From Bdellovibrionota bacterium (GTDB taxonomy: Bacteria > Bdellovibrionota_C > UBA2361 > OMIW01), in assembly GCA_044345055.1 (NCBI GenBank), contig JBIJBT010000024.1, forward strand, positions 1 through 34,795: a stretch of 34,795 bases of DNA. Reading direction: 5' to 3'. Both the position numbers and the translations under genes were made by a program. The number at the start of each line of letters is the position of its first letter. The first letter of the stretch is position 1. This document shows, in pieces, positions 10,059 to 19,421 of this stretch. A model generated the notes under the pieces. The model had not been told where the DNA came from and made no database searches. It saw only the letters and a list, made by a program, of their open reading frames with translations.

Positions 10059-11318
10059 ATGAAGGTACTCGTAATTGGTTCGGGAGGGCGCGAGCACGCC
10101 CTCTGCTGGCGGCTTGCTCAATCGCCGGAGGTGGAAAAAATATGGTGCGCTCCCGGAAATCCGGGGACGAGCGAATGTGCTACGAATGTAACAATTCGGG
10201 CTGATGATATATCGGCGCTCGCCGATTTTGCATCGCAATTTGGTATCGATCTTACCGTTGTCGGACCGGAAGCTCCACTTGTGGCAGGAATCGTCGATCT
10301 GTTTCGGCGAAGAGGATTGAGAATTTTTGGCCCGACTGCATCCGCAGCGCGACTAGAGAGCAGTAAGGCTTTCGCAAAAGAAGCGATGACGCAGGCTGGA
10401 ATACCGACCGCCGCGTATCGTCACTTTGATAATCGAGTTGCAGCGGAAAATTACTGTGCTGAGGTCGGCGTGCCTGTCGTGTTGAAAGCTGATGGGCTGG
10501 CTGCGGGGAAAGGGGTTGTTGTATGTCGTACCGCTGAGGAAGTTCGGCAAGGTATGGTACATATCTGGGAGACCCTTAAGAGCGAAACGATGCTAGTTGA
10601 GCAGTTCCTGCACGGACCAGAAGTCTCTTTTTTTGTCGCCACTGATGGGGAACAGGTCATTCCTCTTGGATCGGCCCACGATTACAAACGGGTAGGGGAT
10701 GGAAATACCGGTCCTAATACAGGCGGCATGGGGGCACTCTCGCCGACTCCCTATCTGAATGAACGAGATGAAGCAGCTGTTGTAGAAACGATTGTGCAAC
10801 CTCTTCTCGCTACGATGCGGCAGCAAGGAACCCCTTTTTGTGGATTTTTGTACGTAGGGTTAATACTTCCTGAGGATAAACCGCCGCACGTTATCGAGTT
10901 CAACGCACGATTTGGAGATCCTGAGTGTCAGGTCATGATGCGTCGCCTTCAGGGAGATCTTTTTTCATTGCTGTACGATCTTGCCGATAATGCGCCGGCT
11001 CGACCTCTCTCGCTTTCGCCTCGAACGGCGCTCGCGGTGGTTCATGCTTCGGCTGGATATCCGGAATCGAGCAGAAGTGGCGACCCAATTCAGGGATTGC
11101 AGCGCGCCGAACAGGTAAAGGGTGTTGTGGTGTTTCATGCGGGCACTGCGATTGATCGTGTTGGTCACGTCGCAACAAATGGCGGGCGGGTATTGGCGGT
11201 AACCGCTGAGGGGAGCTCACTCGAAGAGGCGCGTGAACGTGCCTATGAGGCTTGTGAAAAAATATCTTTTCCGGGCAGAGTGATGAGGACCGATATCGGT
11301 GGGCCGAATTTTTTATGA
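10059..11318 (+). CDS. purD: Phosphoribosylamine-glycine ligase
   Basis: MKVLVIGSGGREHAL, KADGLAAGKGV, GPNTGGMGA, EFNARFGDPE and TNGGRVL. Confidence 0.98.
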   Translation: MKVLVIGSGGREHALCWRLAQSPEVEKIWCAPGNPGTSECATNVTIRADDISALADFASQFGIDLTVVGPEAPLVAGIVDLFRRRGLRIFGPTASAARLESSKAFAKEAMTQAGIPTAAYRHFDNRVAAENYCAEVGVPVVLKADGLAAGKGVVVCRTAEEVRQGMVHIWETLKSETMLVEQFLHGPEVSFFVATDGEQVIPLGSAHDYKRVGDGNTGPNTGGMGALSPTPYLNERDEAAVVETIVQPLLATMRQQGTPFCGFLYVGLILPEDKPPHVIEFNARFGDPECQVMMRRLQGDLFSLLYDLADNAPARPLSLSPRTALAVVHASAGYPESSRSGDPIQGLQRAEQVKGVVVFHAGTAIDRVGHVATNGGRVLAVTAEGSSLEEARERAYEACEKISFPGRVMRTDIGGPNFL

Positions 11319-11758
11319 GGCCAGAGACGATGCTCAAAAGGGTCGCTGTTAGGCCCGGGGTACTCCGAGCGAGCGGGCGCTCTGTAATCTTGCGAGCGAT
11401 TGTTTTAGCTGGTGTGTTTGTCTGTTCGGTGCTCAGTTTTGAGGTCGCGCGCGCCGATTGTATCGTTCAAGATTCATCGGGGCTCATCCGGAGTGCGAGG
11501 CTTGGGGCGGGAACGTTTCGGGTCTCGGTCGAGCTTTGGGGCGAGGCTCCGGAGACTAATCAAATGTTGCTGCATCGGGTTGCTGGTCTATCAGCGATTG
11601 TTACGGGCCGGTGGAATAAGCCATCACTTGAGTTCGACGGAGTCGCCGAGGGCACCTGGAAATTGGAAATAGGCCCCGAAAGAATAGCTACGGTCAGGAT
11701 AGCCGCAGCTCCCGAAATTAGCCCCACGGCCACGCCTACCGTCACACCCGAAGGCTGA
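11315..11758 (+). CDS. Hypothetical exported protein
   Basis: Overlaps the purD stop (ATGA). Signal-peptide-like N-terminus ending ARA-D, beta-rich body and a Pro/Thr tail. Fills the purD-glpD gap. Confidence 0.6.
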   Translation: MRPETMLKRVAVRPGVLRASGRSVILRAIVLAGVFVCSVLSFEVARADCIVQDSSGLIRSARLGAGTFRVSVELWGEAPETNQMLLHRVAGLSAIVTGRWNKPSLEFDGVAEGTWKLEIGPERIATVRIAAAPEISPTATPTVTPEG

Positions 11759-11760
11759 AT

Positions 11761-13332
11761 ATGTCCCTCATCTCGTTCTACGAGCAATCCTCAATCGGTG
11801 ATGATCCCCCCTGGACTGCCCAGTTCGACAGCCGCGAAGCTATTCTCAAAAAGCTAGAGGGGGAGCCCTTTTTTGATATTGTCATTATCGGCGGCGGGAT
11901 TCACGGTGCCTGCCTTGCCCGCTTGGCGGCATTCAACGGTCTGCAGACGGCCCTTTTTGAGATGGATGGCTATGCGAGTGGGACCTCGAGTCGAAGCTCA
12001 AAGCTCGCCCACGGCGGATTTCGCTACCTGCAGATGGGTGACATTCAGCAGGTGCTCGAGGGAGTACGGTGTCGGGAAGACCTCTTCGCGATTGCTCCAC
12101 ATCTGGTGAGACCACAACCGTTTCTTCTACCGGTTTATAGCTGTATCGGGCGAGCAGTTGTCGGTCTCGGAATGACTATCTACGATCTCCATCTAAAAAA
12201 AAGTGAACGCCGACATCGTTGGCTAGGGTCCGGCGAGATACCGCCACTATTTCGGAACAAACCACTCGGCGGCTATCAGTTCTCGGATGGGGTGATGGAC
12301 GATACTCGGCTGGTGATTGAGCAGATTATTGCTACTCGTCAGGAGGGTGGGCTCTGCCTCAATCATGCGCGGGTAGATTCGATGACTCACCGGTACGACG
12401 ATCGGGTTGAGGTTGGAGTTTCGGACCGATTGTCGGGGGCTCGCTATCAGCTTAATGCGGGTATAGTGGTCAACTGCGCTGGCCCCTGGGCTCCACTTGT
12501 TGGCCGGGTAACGCCGCTCCCCAATCGGGTACGGTATAGCCGAGGAACTCATCTCCTATTTGACACTCCCTGGCCTCATCCGGCGATTATCATGCCGATG
12601 GCCGAGCGGGGCAGATACTATTTTATTATACCGTACCGTTTCGGAGGTACCCTCGTCGGGACTACTGAGCGCGAAGTCGCGATTCTTGAGGAAGATCCAC
12701 AACCGAGCGAAAGCGAAAAGCAGGAGCTCCTCGATCGGCTCGCTCTGGATGTGCCAGAGGCAGCGTTAAATGCTGAGCATCTCATCGATTCATTCGCGGG
12801 ATTAAGAACGCTCCCTTTACGTCCGAAGCAGGAGGGAGGGGCGACAAGTCGATTGTCTCGGCGACATCGGTGGGAGTTTGCCAACGGAGTGTTAACCCTC
12901 TATGGAGGGAAATACACCACTGCTCCTATCGTAGCCGAAGAGGGGCTACGGCGGGTTTTTAAGCTTGCTAGGCTTGCGCGGCGTCCCGTGTCGTTGTGGG
13001 GGCGACCTCTTCCGGGGGCAGCGGGAAGGGAGGCGGCGGAACAGCAAATGGCGCCGCTGAAAGCCTCTGGAGAAGAGGGCCGGCGGTTTGCCGACCAGCT
13101 CCTTACTCGATTCGGTGGTCTCGCTCGACATCTGTGTAGCGGTGAGGAGTGGTCACTCCCGATCGGGAATATAGCGCTCACCGGTGAGGTCGATTTTGTA
13201 ATTCGGGTTGAGCAAGCCTGCACCGTCGCGGAGGTGCTTAGGCATCTTGGCGCAGACAAGGGGGTGACGGTAACTGAAGATGAGCGATTACGGATAGCTG
13301 AGAGGCTAAGGCTTCACGGGATAACCCCGTAA
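11761..13332 (+). CDS. glpD: FAD-dependent glycerol-3-phosphate dehydrogenase/oxidase family protein
   Basis: IIGGGIHG, SGTSSRSSKLAHGGFRYL, APHLV, NCAGPW, GTT, FAGLRTL, SRRH and GGKYTT. Confidence 0.85.
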   Translation: MSLISFYEQSSIGDDPPWTAQFDSREAILKKLEGEPFFDIVIIGGGIHGACLARLAAFNGLQTALFEMDGYASGTSSRSSKLAHGGFRYLQMGDIQQVLEGVRCREDLFAIAPHLVRPQPFLLPVYSCIGRAVVGLGMTIYDLHLKKSERRHRWLGSGEIPPLFRNKPLGGYQFSDGVMDDTRLVIEQIIATRQEGGLCLNHARVDSMTHRYDDRVEVGVSDRLSGARYQLNAGIVVNCAGPWAPLVGRVTPLPNRVRYSRGTHLLFDTPWPHPAIIMPMAERGRYYFIIPYRFGGTLVGTTEREVAILEEDPQPSESEKQELLDRLALDVPEAALNAEHLIDSFAGLRTLPLRPKQEGGATSRLSRRHRWEFANGVLTLYGGKYTTAPIVAEEGLRRVFKLARLARRPVSLWGRPLPGAAGREAAEQQMAPLKASGEEGRRFADQLLTRFGGLARHLCSGEEWSLPIGNIALTGEVDFVIRVEQACTVAEVLRHLGADKGVTVTEDERLRIAERLRLHGITP

Positions 13333-13426
13333 GGAGTGATCCATGAAGAAAAAAGGGGTTGAAACTAAGGCTTAAAGCTGACGGCTCTCGACATATTCAT
13401 TAATTCGATCTATCCCCTAAATCGTC

Positions 13427-14479
13427 CTACACCATTGATAAAACAATTTTCCCCGACTGCTCGCCCGACTCTAATCGCGCCATTATCTCGATTCCACTCT
13501 CAAACGGGGCTACCGTATCAATAAGCTTATCCAAAGTGCCGATTGGCTCACTCCAGAGCGCCGTGGTAGCGCTCAGAAAATCTTCGCGAGAACCCATCGT
13601 TGAGCCGATGATGGAAAGTTGCTTTGCAAATACTAGTCGATTATCGATAGAAAGGATGGGCCCTCTTGTATTGCCAACCGTAACGAGGCGCCCGCCTCGG
13701 CGGAGCGATTTTAAGCTTTTATCAAAGGTCGCAGCTCCCACGTTGTCAATTACGAGATCCACCCCGCGGCCCCCCGTCAAGCTGAGCACCTCATGGTGCC
13801 AGGCACCTTTGTCACGGTAACACACCGTCATATCTGCGCCGAGCGCGGCAGCAAATTTCTCTTTTTCCGGCGTTCCTGCGACGACGATTACAGAGGCTCC
13901 GTGTCGCTTAGCAAGGAACACCGCAAGGGAGTTGACCCCGCCACCAGCCCCAACAATAAGCACCGTTTCACCTGGAAGGAGCTTCCCCCGGGAGAAAAGC
14001 ATCCGCCAAACTGTAGTGCCGGTCAGCAAAAAAGCGGCTGCGAAAGCATCGCCTAGCTGTTCTGGCACTGGAACGAGACACTCGGTCGGCACCGCCACAA
14101 TCTCCGCGAGCCCCCCGCAACAATCTTCGCCGATAATTCGATAGAGCGGGCTTTCACTCTCTTCGCCCTGCGCGGTCCACTCATCGCGCCCGAGAAGATA
14201 TCCGGGGTTTACTGCGACGCGCGTTCCAAGAGCTATCGATGATTGAGGGGGAGCGGCAGGGTCGAGCGCTATCACCGAACCAACGATGTCGCTTCCGGTC
14301 CAGTGGGGCAGAGGAAGGGAAAGTCCGGGCCAACCCCGTCGAACCCAGATATCGAGATGATTCAGCGCAACGGCTCGCACCGAAAGTATAGTCCAGCCCG
14401 GTCGCTCGCACGGCTCTTGAACCTCCCTGAACGAAAGGGTAGAGAGATCTCCATGAGCATCGAACGCTAGTGCTTTCAT
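13427..14479 (-). CDS. MDR-family (zinc-binding dehydrogenase / quinone oxidoreductase-like) oxidoreductase
   Basis: MKAL start overlapping the prmA stop; ALNHLDIWVRRG, GAGGGV, GGRGVDLVIDNVG, GSTMG and GKIVL. Confidence 0.9.
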   Translation of the reverse strand: MKALAFDAHGDLSTLSFREVQEPCERPGWTILSVRAVALNHLDIWVRRGWPGLSLPLPHWTGSDIVGSVIALDPAAPPQSSIALGTRVAVNPGYLLGRDEWTAQGEESESPLYRIIGEDCCGGLAEIVAVPTECLVPVPEQLGDAFAAAFLLTGTTVWRMLFSRGKLLPGETVLIVGAGGGVNSLAVFLAKRHGASVIVVAGTPEKEKFAAALGADMTVCYRDKGAWHHEVLSLTGGRGVDLVIDNVGAATFDKSLKSLRRGGRLVTVGNTRGPILSIDNRLVFAKQLSIIGSTMGSREDFLSATTALWSEPIGTLDKLIDTVAPFESGIEIMARLESGEQSGKIVLSMV

Positions 14480-15366
14480 TCTGATAATCGACGATAGTTG
14501 CGGGCAACCCATCGCATCCGCGATTCAGCAGGATCGGAGTGAGTGGGTGATTCCCATCGGCGTTCGAGCAAAATCGGAAGCTCCGCGAAAGCAGCTGCAA
14601 CCTCATCATCCTGGTGAGCGGCTATCCCCGAAATAAGGAGCGTTCCTCCCGGCGCGAGCAGCGAAAAAAGATCGTCGCGTAAGCTTATAAGAAGCTCAGC
14701 ATAGAGATTTGCGATTACCACTTCAGCGGGAGCAGGGAGCACGGGAATCGAGGTATGAAGGAGCGATACGCGATCTGTAACTCCGTTGAGCGCACAGTTC
14801 TCCGCTGCATTAGCGAGCGCAGCCTCATCTATGTCGGTGGCAAAAATAGCAGCCTCCGGAAACGCCATAGCTGCTGCAATCGCGAGTATCCCACTGCCGG
14901 TCCCTACATCGACGATGGTAGGTGTTGAGTTTTCCCACGTCCCCGATTTTGATCGCTCGGAGATGTCGCTGATCATGCCTAGCAGAGCGTGTGTTGTATC
15001 GTGATGACCCGTACCAAATCCCATTCCCGGAATTACATTAATTCCGCCCTTTTCGGGAACGGCTTCAGAGGCTGAGGCGCAGGGACGAATCGAGAATTTT
15101 CCTGCCTCGATGGGTTGGAGAAGTTCGGGACAAAGCACCGCCCAGTTGCGTTCCTCTATCGATTCACGGCTTATTATCGCGGCACCTAGCTGCTCAATCA
15201 CCCCCATAACCGGCGATTCCTCGGTCTCTGGTATAATGACACGGAGGGAAAGGTTCTCAGCTGCAACTTCGACAGAACCAGCACCCGCGGTTATTAGAAG
15301 CTCCCCGACCGATTCAGGGTCAGCGCTATGCTCGGAAATCTTGATGATAACAACAATATGATTCAT
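14476..15366 (-). CDS. prmA: Ribosomal protein L11 methyltransferase
   Basis: PGMGFGTGHHDTT, DVGTGSGILAI, DID, ANLYA and LISGI. Confidence 0.9.
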   Translation of the reverse strand: MNHIVVIIKISEHSADPESVGELLITAGAGSVEVAAENLSLRVIIPETEESPVMGVIEQLGAAIISRESIEERNWAVLCPELLQPIEAGKFSIRPCASASEAVPEKGGINVIPGMGFGTGHHDTTHALLGMISDISERSKSGTWENSTPTIVDVGTGSGILAIAAAMAFPEAAIFATDIDEAALANAAENCALNGVTDRVSLLHTSIPVLPAPAEVVIANLYAELLISLRDDLFSLLAPGGTLLISGIAAHQDDEVAAAFAELPILLERRWESPTHSDPAESRMRWVARNYRRLSE

Positions 15367-15507
15367 CGTACTTTACTGGAGTTTATTGGTGAACCCTTCA
15401 TGAATTGAGGGTTGATTTGGATTGAGAAGATAAGGGAGCAGGGCTCGGAACAAAATCACTGCGAAAACTTTGCAGCCACTCTCTAACAATGAACGAGGAT
15501 GAGCTTT

Positions 15508-16233
15508 CTAGCTACCACCACCCTCATCAGAAAGAGAAAACGATTTTTTACGCTTGTCTACCGCTTTTTTTACTCGAGAGCTCGCCCCAACGTAAACCTC
15601 AACTTTTTTCGGAATTACAGGAGGGACTGGGAGATCGTCGAACATGCTGATCGCCATCTCATGATAAAGCTCGATCTCATCTTCGCTAAGACCCTTTAGT
15701 ACCGCAGCAGCGGACCTGAGCTCCCGGATAGCCAATCCCGCGGGTTGGGCGTTACAGTAATTGTACCATATCGCATCGAGCTTATTGATTATCTCATCAA
15801 GCAGAATTCTCAGAGCCTGTTTTTGACGAGCAAGTGCGCGTTGCTTTTTTACCGAAATCGAGATCGTTATAACATTCGATAGATCCTCGACACTGAATGG
15901 AGCCATTAAGATACCATTGGCACCACTGAGTAGGTTTTGTGCGACATTCCCTACCGACTGGTCCTTGCTGTCAAGAACGACTATAAAAGCTGCGTCACGA
16001 GAATACTCGAGGACTAAGCACTTTTCTATGAATTCCTCGCTCTCAACAGGATCTAGATCACTCGACATGAAGATAATATCGCACGGTGTCTCGAGATTCT
16101 CGATCCGAGCCACCGCTTCACGGAATGATGCGGACTGGTATACCCGCTGAAGCTCCGACATGAGGGTCGTCGCCTGCTTTAAAAGCATCCGCTTGTAGGC
16201 ATCGGGGTTTAGTATTATTGCTGAAACTGACAT
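15508..16233 (-). CDS. Hypothetical protein with a degenerate receiver (REC-like) domain and helical C-terminus
   Basis: REC-like pattern (ASFREAV..., CDIIFMS, GANGILMAPF) without the canonical Asp and Lys. Confidence 0.55.
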   Translation of the reverse strand: MSVSAIILNPDAYKRMLLKQATTLMSELQRVYQSASFREAVARIENLETPCDIIFMSSDLDPVESEEFIEKCLVLEYSRDAAFIVVLDSKDQSVGNVAQNLLSGANGILMAPFSVEDLSNVITISISVKKQRALARQKQALRILLDEIINKLDAIWYNYCNAQPAGLAIRELRSAAAVLKGLSEDEIELYHEMAISMFDDLPVPPVIPKKVEVYVGASSRVKKAVDKRKKSFSLSDEGGGS

Positions 16234-16458
16234 CTGCTTCCTAGCGCCCCTCGAGTGCTCTATGTCTACTTTTGAGGTCTGCTTTTAAGATTCACACGGT
16301 GCGATGCGCGAGCGTCGCTAATCACACCATCCGAGATATCGAGCGTATCAAGCGACAATAGACACTATAAACGCTCAACTCCTCGGCAACCTTCAACCAC
16401 CTCGTAGCCCTGTTCGAATGAAGCCCTGGATGTTGTCTCAACAACATTTCATGATCAG

Positions 16459-16785
16459 TTACACCACCTTCCTAATAGCGGCATCCAGAGTTTCTTTCGG
16501 TACTGCTCCAACAATCTGTTCCACAACCTGGCCCCCTTTGAAGAAGACAAGATTTGGAATCCCTCGAACATTGTAATGTGGCGGCGTACGCGGATTATCA
16601 TCGACATTCATCTTCACAATCTTGAGCTTTCCCGCAAAAGTAGCTGCCAATTCCTCAAGAACCGGGGCTACTGCCTTACACGGGCCACACCAGGGTGCCC
16701 AAAAATCGACAAGTACGGGGGTGCTTGACTGCAACACATCTGCCTCAAACGACGAATCTGAAGTTTCTCCGACCTGAGCCGCCAT
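16459..16785 (-). CDS. trxA: Thioredoxin
   Basis: VDFWAPWCGPCK, VRGIP and GAVPK; 108 aa. Confidence 0.97.
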   Translation of the reverse strand: MAAQVGETSDSSFEADVLQSSTPVLVDFWAPWCGPCKAVAPVLEELAATFAGKLKIVKMNVDDNPRTPPHYNVRGIPNLVFFKGGQVVEQIVGAVPKETLDAAIRKVV

Positions 16786-17009
16786 ATTACGCTTCTCCTT
16801 CGATTGATAACCACGCCCTCTTAGGCCGATCCCTTAGAGAAGTGATGGTTTGGTTGTTTGCTTGAGTCCCGCCCCGATTTAGGTAACGTCTTGTATGGTG
16901 GGAGCTCTTCCCTGAATACGGAATCAAACCTTCTATTCTGGGCAATCCTCGCTCGCTGTCAATCGTGGACCGGAGTAAGCATGCCAAGGTTGGGTTGATC
17001 CTTTTGAAG

Positions 17010-17420
17010 CTAGTACCGTCGATCGTCGTATCGACTTCCCCGAGAAGGTGTATCGTAACGATAGTCATCTTCGTAAGAACGCTCTCCTCTGCGAAGCTCT
17101 TCAAGCTCACGACGCTGACGCCTCAGCTCCTCCTCCTGTCGTCGCAAACGCTCATCCTGGCCCTCGCGATCCTCCTCCTGCTGGTCCTGCGCTTCTCCGA
17201 CAAGTGCCCCAGCAAGTGCCCCCGTAGCTCCTCCGATAGCAATACCTGCTCCCGAGCTGCCGACCTGGTTACCAACTATTGCCCCAAGCCCTGCCCCGAG
17301 AGCTCCACCTGTCAGCGCGCCTTTTTCTCGCATACCTAATCGAGGAGCACCCGATTCACATGCTGAGAGCGCGAACGCTATCGTCAATAAGCCGATTGAA
17401 ACGAACCGTTTCTTTTCCAT
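17010..17420 (-). CDS. Glycine-zipper lipoprotein with a charged coiled-coil tail
   Basis: Lipobox LSAC; GALTGGALGAGLGAIVG...GIAIGGATGALAGALVG zipper; R/E-rich tail. The start at 17420 is preferred over 17435. Confidence 0.8.
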   Translation of the reverse strand: MEKKRFVSIGLLTIAFALSACESGAPRLGMREKGALTGGALGAGLGAIVGNQVGSSGAGIAIGGATGALAGALVGEAQDQQEEDREGQDERLRRQEEELRRQRRELEELRRGERSYEDDYRYDTPSRGSRYDDRRY

Positions 17421-17440
17421 CGCAACATCCTTCAAAAGTT

Positions 17441-17478
17441 TCGTGGTGACGTTAAGTTGTCGTAATGACGTTAAGTTA
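17441..17478. repeat. Two-copy 19-nt tandem direct repeat
   Basis: tcgtggtgacgttaagttg followed by tcgtaatgacgttaagtta (16/19 identical, shared core tgacgttaagtt). Confidence 0.7.
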
Positions 17479-17724
17479 ACTGTTACAGATTTACCGTCAT
17501 TGCCTTTCTTCGCCGCTCCCGTTGCCTTTGAGGAGTAATATCCTTGTGCTTACGGGTTCTCGAAGTCGCTCCTCAGAGTGCGGTACGTGCACAAATCGGA
17601 GAGACGCTGTTTTTTAGCGTTAAGGCCTCTTGTGCTGAGGATAGCTTGAAGGTAGGGGAAGCGCCAGTGGGACACCGTTAGCTTTCGCCAAAAACTCGTA
17701 CGAAAAATTTTTAGAGAAAATGCT

Positions 17725-17751
17725 TAAGGAATTTTTTTAGTGTGCCGTTAG
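17725..17751 (+). promoter_or_regulatory. Sigma-28 (FliA) promoter of flagellin 1
   Basis: TAAG-N15-GCCGTTAG compared with consensus TAAA-N15-GCCGATAA. Confidence 0.8.
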
Positions 17752-17903
17752 TACCTCTGTAAGGTTTGGGTTATCGCCTACAACTTCTAGACCTTACTGC
17801 TTTGGGCATAAGAGACAACTGATAGAGGTGAGAGAACAACGCACTTCGCAGTAGCTCGATCGGATGCGGCCTGAGGTACAACTTACCTTCACGGAGGAAA
17901 AAA

Positions 17904-18767
17904 ATGGCTATTACAATTGGAAGTAACATCACCTCGCTGACTGCGCAACGAAGATTGGGCGCATCGACGGATAGTTTGAATAAAGTGTTCCAACGATTGA
18001 GTTCGGGGCAGAGAATTAATAGTGCAGCTGATGATGCGGCGGGTTTGACAATTGCTGACAGCTTACGCGCTAGTCAGAAGGTGTCCGGTATCGGAATGCG
18101 AAACGCGAGCGACGGATTGTCGTACATTGGCATAGCTGATGGTGCGATGGCCGAAGTAGGAAACGTTCTAAACCGTTTGGCAGAGCTTGCTCAACAGTCT
18201 TCAAACGGAGTTTACTCGCCAACGCAGAGGTCTGCTCTTCAGGGAGAGTTTGCATCGCTATCTTCGGAAATCGAGCGAATTTCGGCTACTACTATCTTTA
18301 ACGATGTAGTTCTTCTCTCCGGAGGAGCAGCTACCTCGCTACAGGTCGGTTTTGATGGTAGATCAACAGCTCAGATTTCGATCGGGAACGTTCAGGCAAC
18401 TCTTACCGCACTGGGGCTAGCTGGGTCTGGATCGTCAGTTCAGATTTATTCGCTGAATGCCGTATCGAGTGATGCGGGCCAGTCAGCATCTCGCGCAGCT
18501 CTTGATGCGGTCAATAGAGCGATCGGTTCTCTATCGGCGACCAGAGGTGCTCTTGGAGCCGTAGAATCAAGACTAAGGGTGAGTATCGGCAATCTCTCAA
18601 CCATTCGTGAGAACTACGCAGCAGCCGAGAGCCGAATCAGAGACACCGATGTTGCTTCAGACGCAGCCGAGCTTACTCGGTTGAACATACTGCAGCAGGC
18701 AGGCGCCTCAATTCTTGGTCAGGCAAACCAGCAGCCACAGATCGCGCTGGGTCTGCTCCGAGGATAA
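17904..18767 (+). CDS. fliC: Flagellin (short, D0/D1-dominated)
   Basis: RLSSGQRINSAADDAAGL, RNASDG, LQVG, RGALGA, AESRIRDTDVA and ILQQAG...QANQQPQ..L.LL. Confidence 0.97.
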   Translation: MAITIGSNITSLTAQRRLGASTDSLNKVFQRLSSGQRINSAADDAAGLTIADSLRASQKVSGIGMRNASDGLSYIGIADGAMAEVGNVLNRLAELAQQSSNGVYSPTQRSALQGEFASLSSEIERISATTIFNDVVLLSGGAATSLQVGFDGRSTAQISIGNVQATLTALGLAGSGSSVQIYSLNAVSSDAGQSASRAALDAVNRAIGSLSATRGALGAVESRLRVSIGNLSTIRENYAAAESRIRDTDVASDAAELTRLNILQQAGASILGQANQQPQIALGLLRG

Positions 18768-19132
18768 TAACTCGCTGTTTCAATAAAAATGGGTGGCTTC
18801 TGTTACTGTGCGCCATGAAAGCGACATGTTTCGGAGCGCCCATTGCAAAACGAAAACAGGTGATAAAGTCTAGCGGCTGGGTGATGTTCATCCTCAAGGG
18901 ATTTAGAAAATCATTCTAGTCGTGTAAGGCGAAAGGAATGGAAACCACCGACATCCTTTTGTTCTCGATCGCTACGGCCGGTTCTTGCTGAATGGTGTCG
19001 CCCTATTCAGCGACGATAAGCGATCGAACCGAGTTTCTCCGGTAGGCGATACCCGGTGGGTTGTACCAATAGTAGTACCAACGTAGAGATTGAGAGATCA
19101 TCTCAACCGTTGTTGCAGTAAATCAGTTGTTC

Positions 19133-19170
19133 ATGGGCATCCGGGGAATCTCGGATGCCCATCCTTTTTT
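19133..19170 (+). terminator. Rho-independent terminator
   Basis: 13-bp stem atgggcatccggg / ctcggatgcccat with one G-U pair, GAAT loop, followed by cc and tttttt. Confidence 0.8.
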
Positions 19171-19235
19171 GTTGAGGTGTTTTAGGGTGTTATAAGAAAC
19201 GAAGCACTTTTTCCCTCCATTCAAACTTCTCCTCT

Positions 19236-19262
19236 CAAGAATTGAGAGCCTTTTGCCGTTAC
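19236..19262 (+). promoter_or_regulatory. Sigma-28 (FliA) promoter of flagellin 2
   Basis: CAAG-N15-GCCGTTAC. Confidence 0.8.
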
Positions 19263-19421
19263 TTCATTTGAAACGTTGATGTTGTGACGGTGTTCACCTC
19301 GGGAAAGAGAGGTTGTTCATCGAAGTGAGGTTAATGTTTCACCTGGAGTGGGCTAGTCCCATGCGGAAGTACAAGAGGTTCTTTCCGGAGCTTCAGGGAG
19401 ATTTTTCACGGAGGAATTAGT

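Noticed and set aside
14311..14330. ggaaagtccgggc resembles the RNase P RNA conserved region
   Set aside because: It is antisense to conserved codons (GWPGLSLP) inside the MDR gene, and no other RNase P elements were seen.
16787..17339. ORFs 16787..17110 (-) and 16965..17339 (+)
   Set aside because: They are shadow frames overlapping the glycine-zipper lipoprotein and show no motifs.
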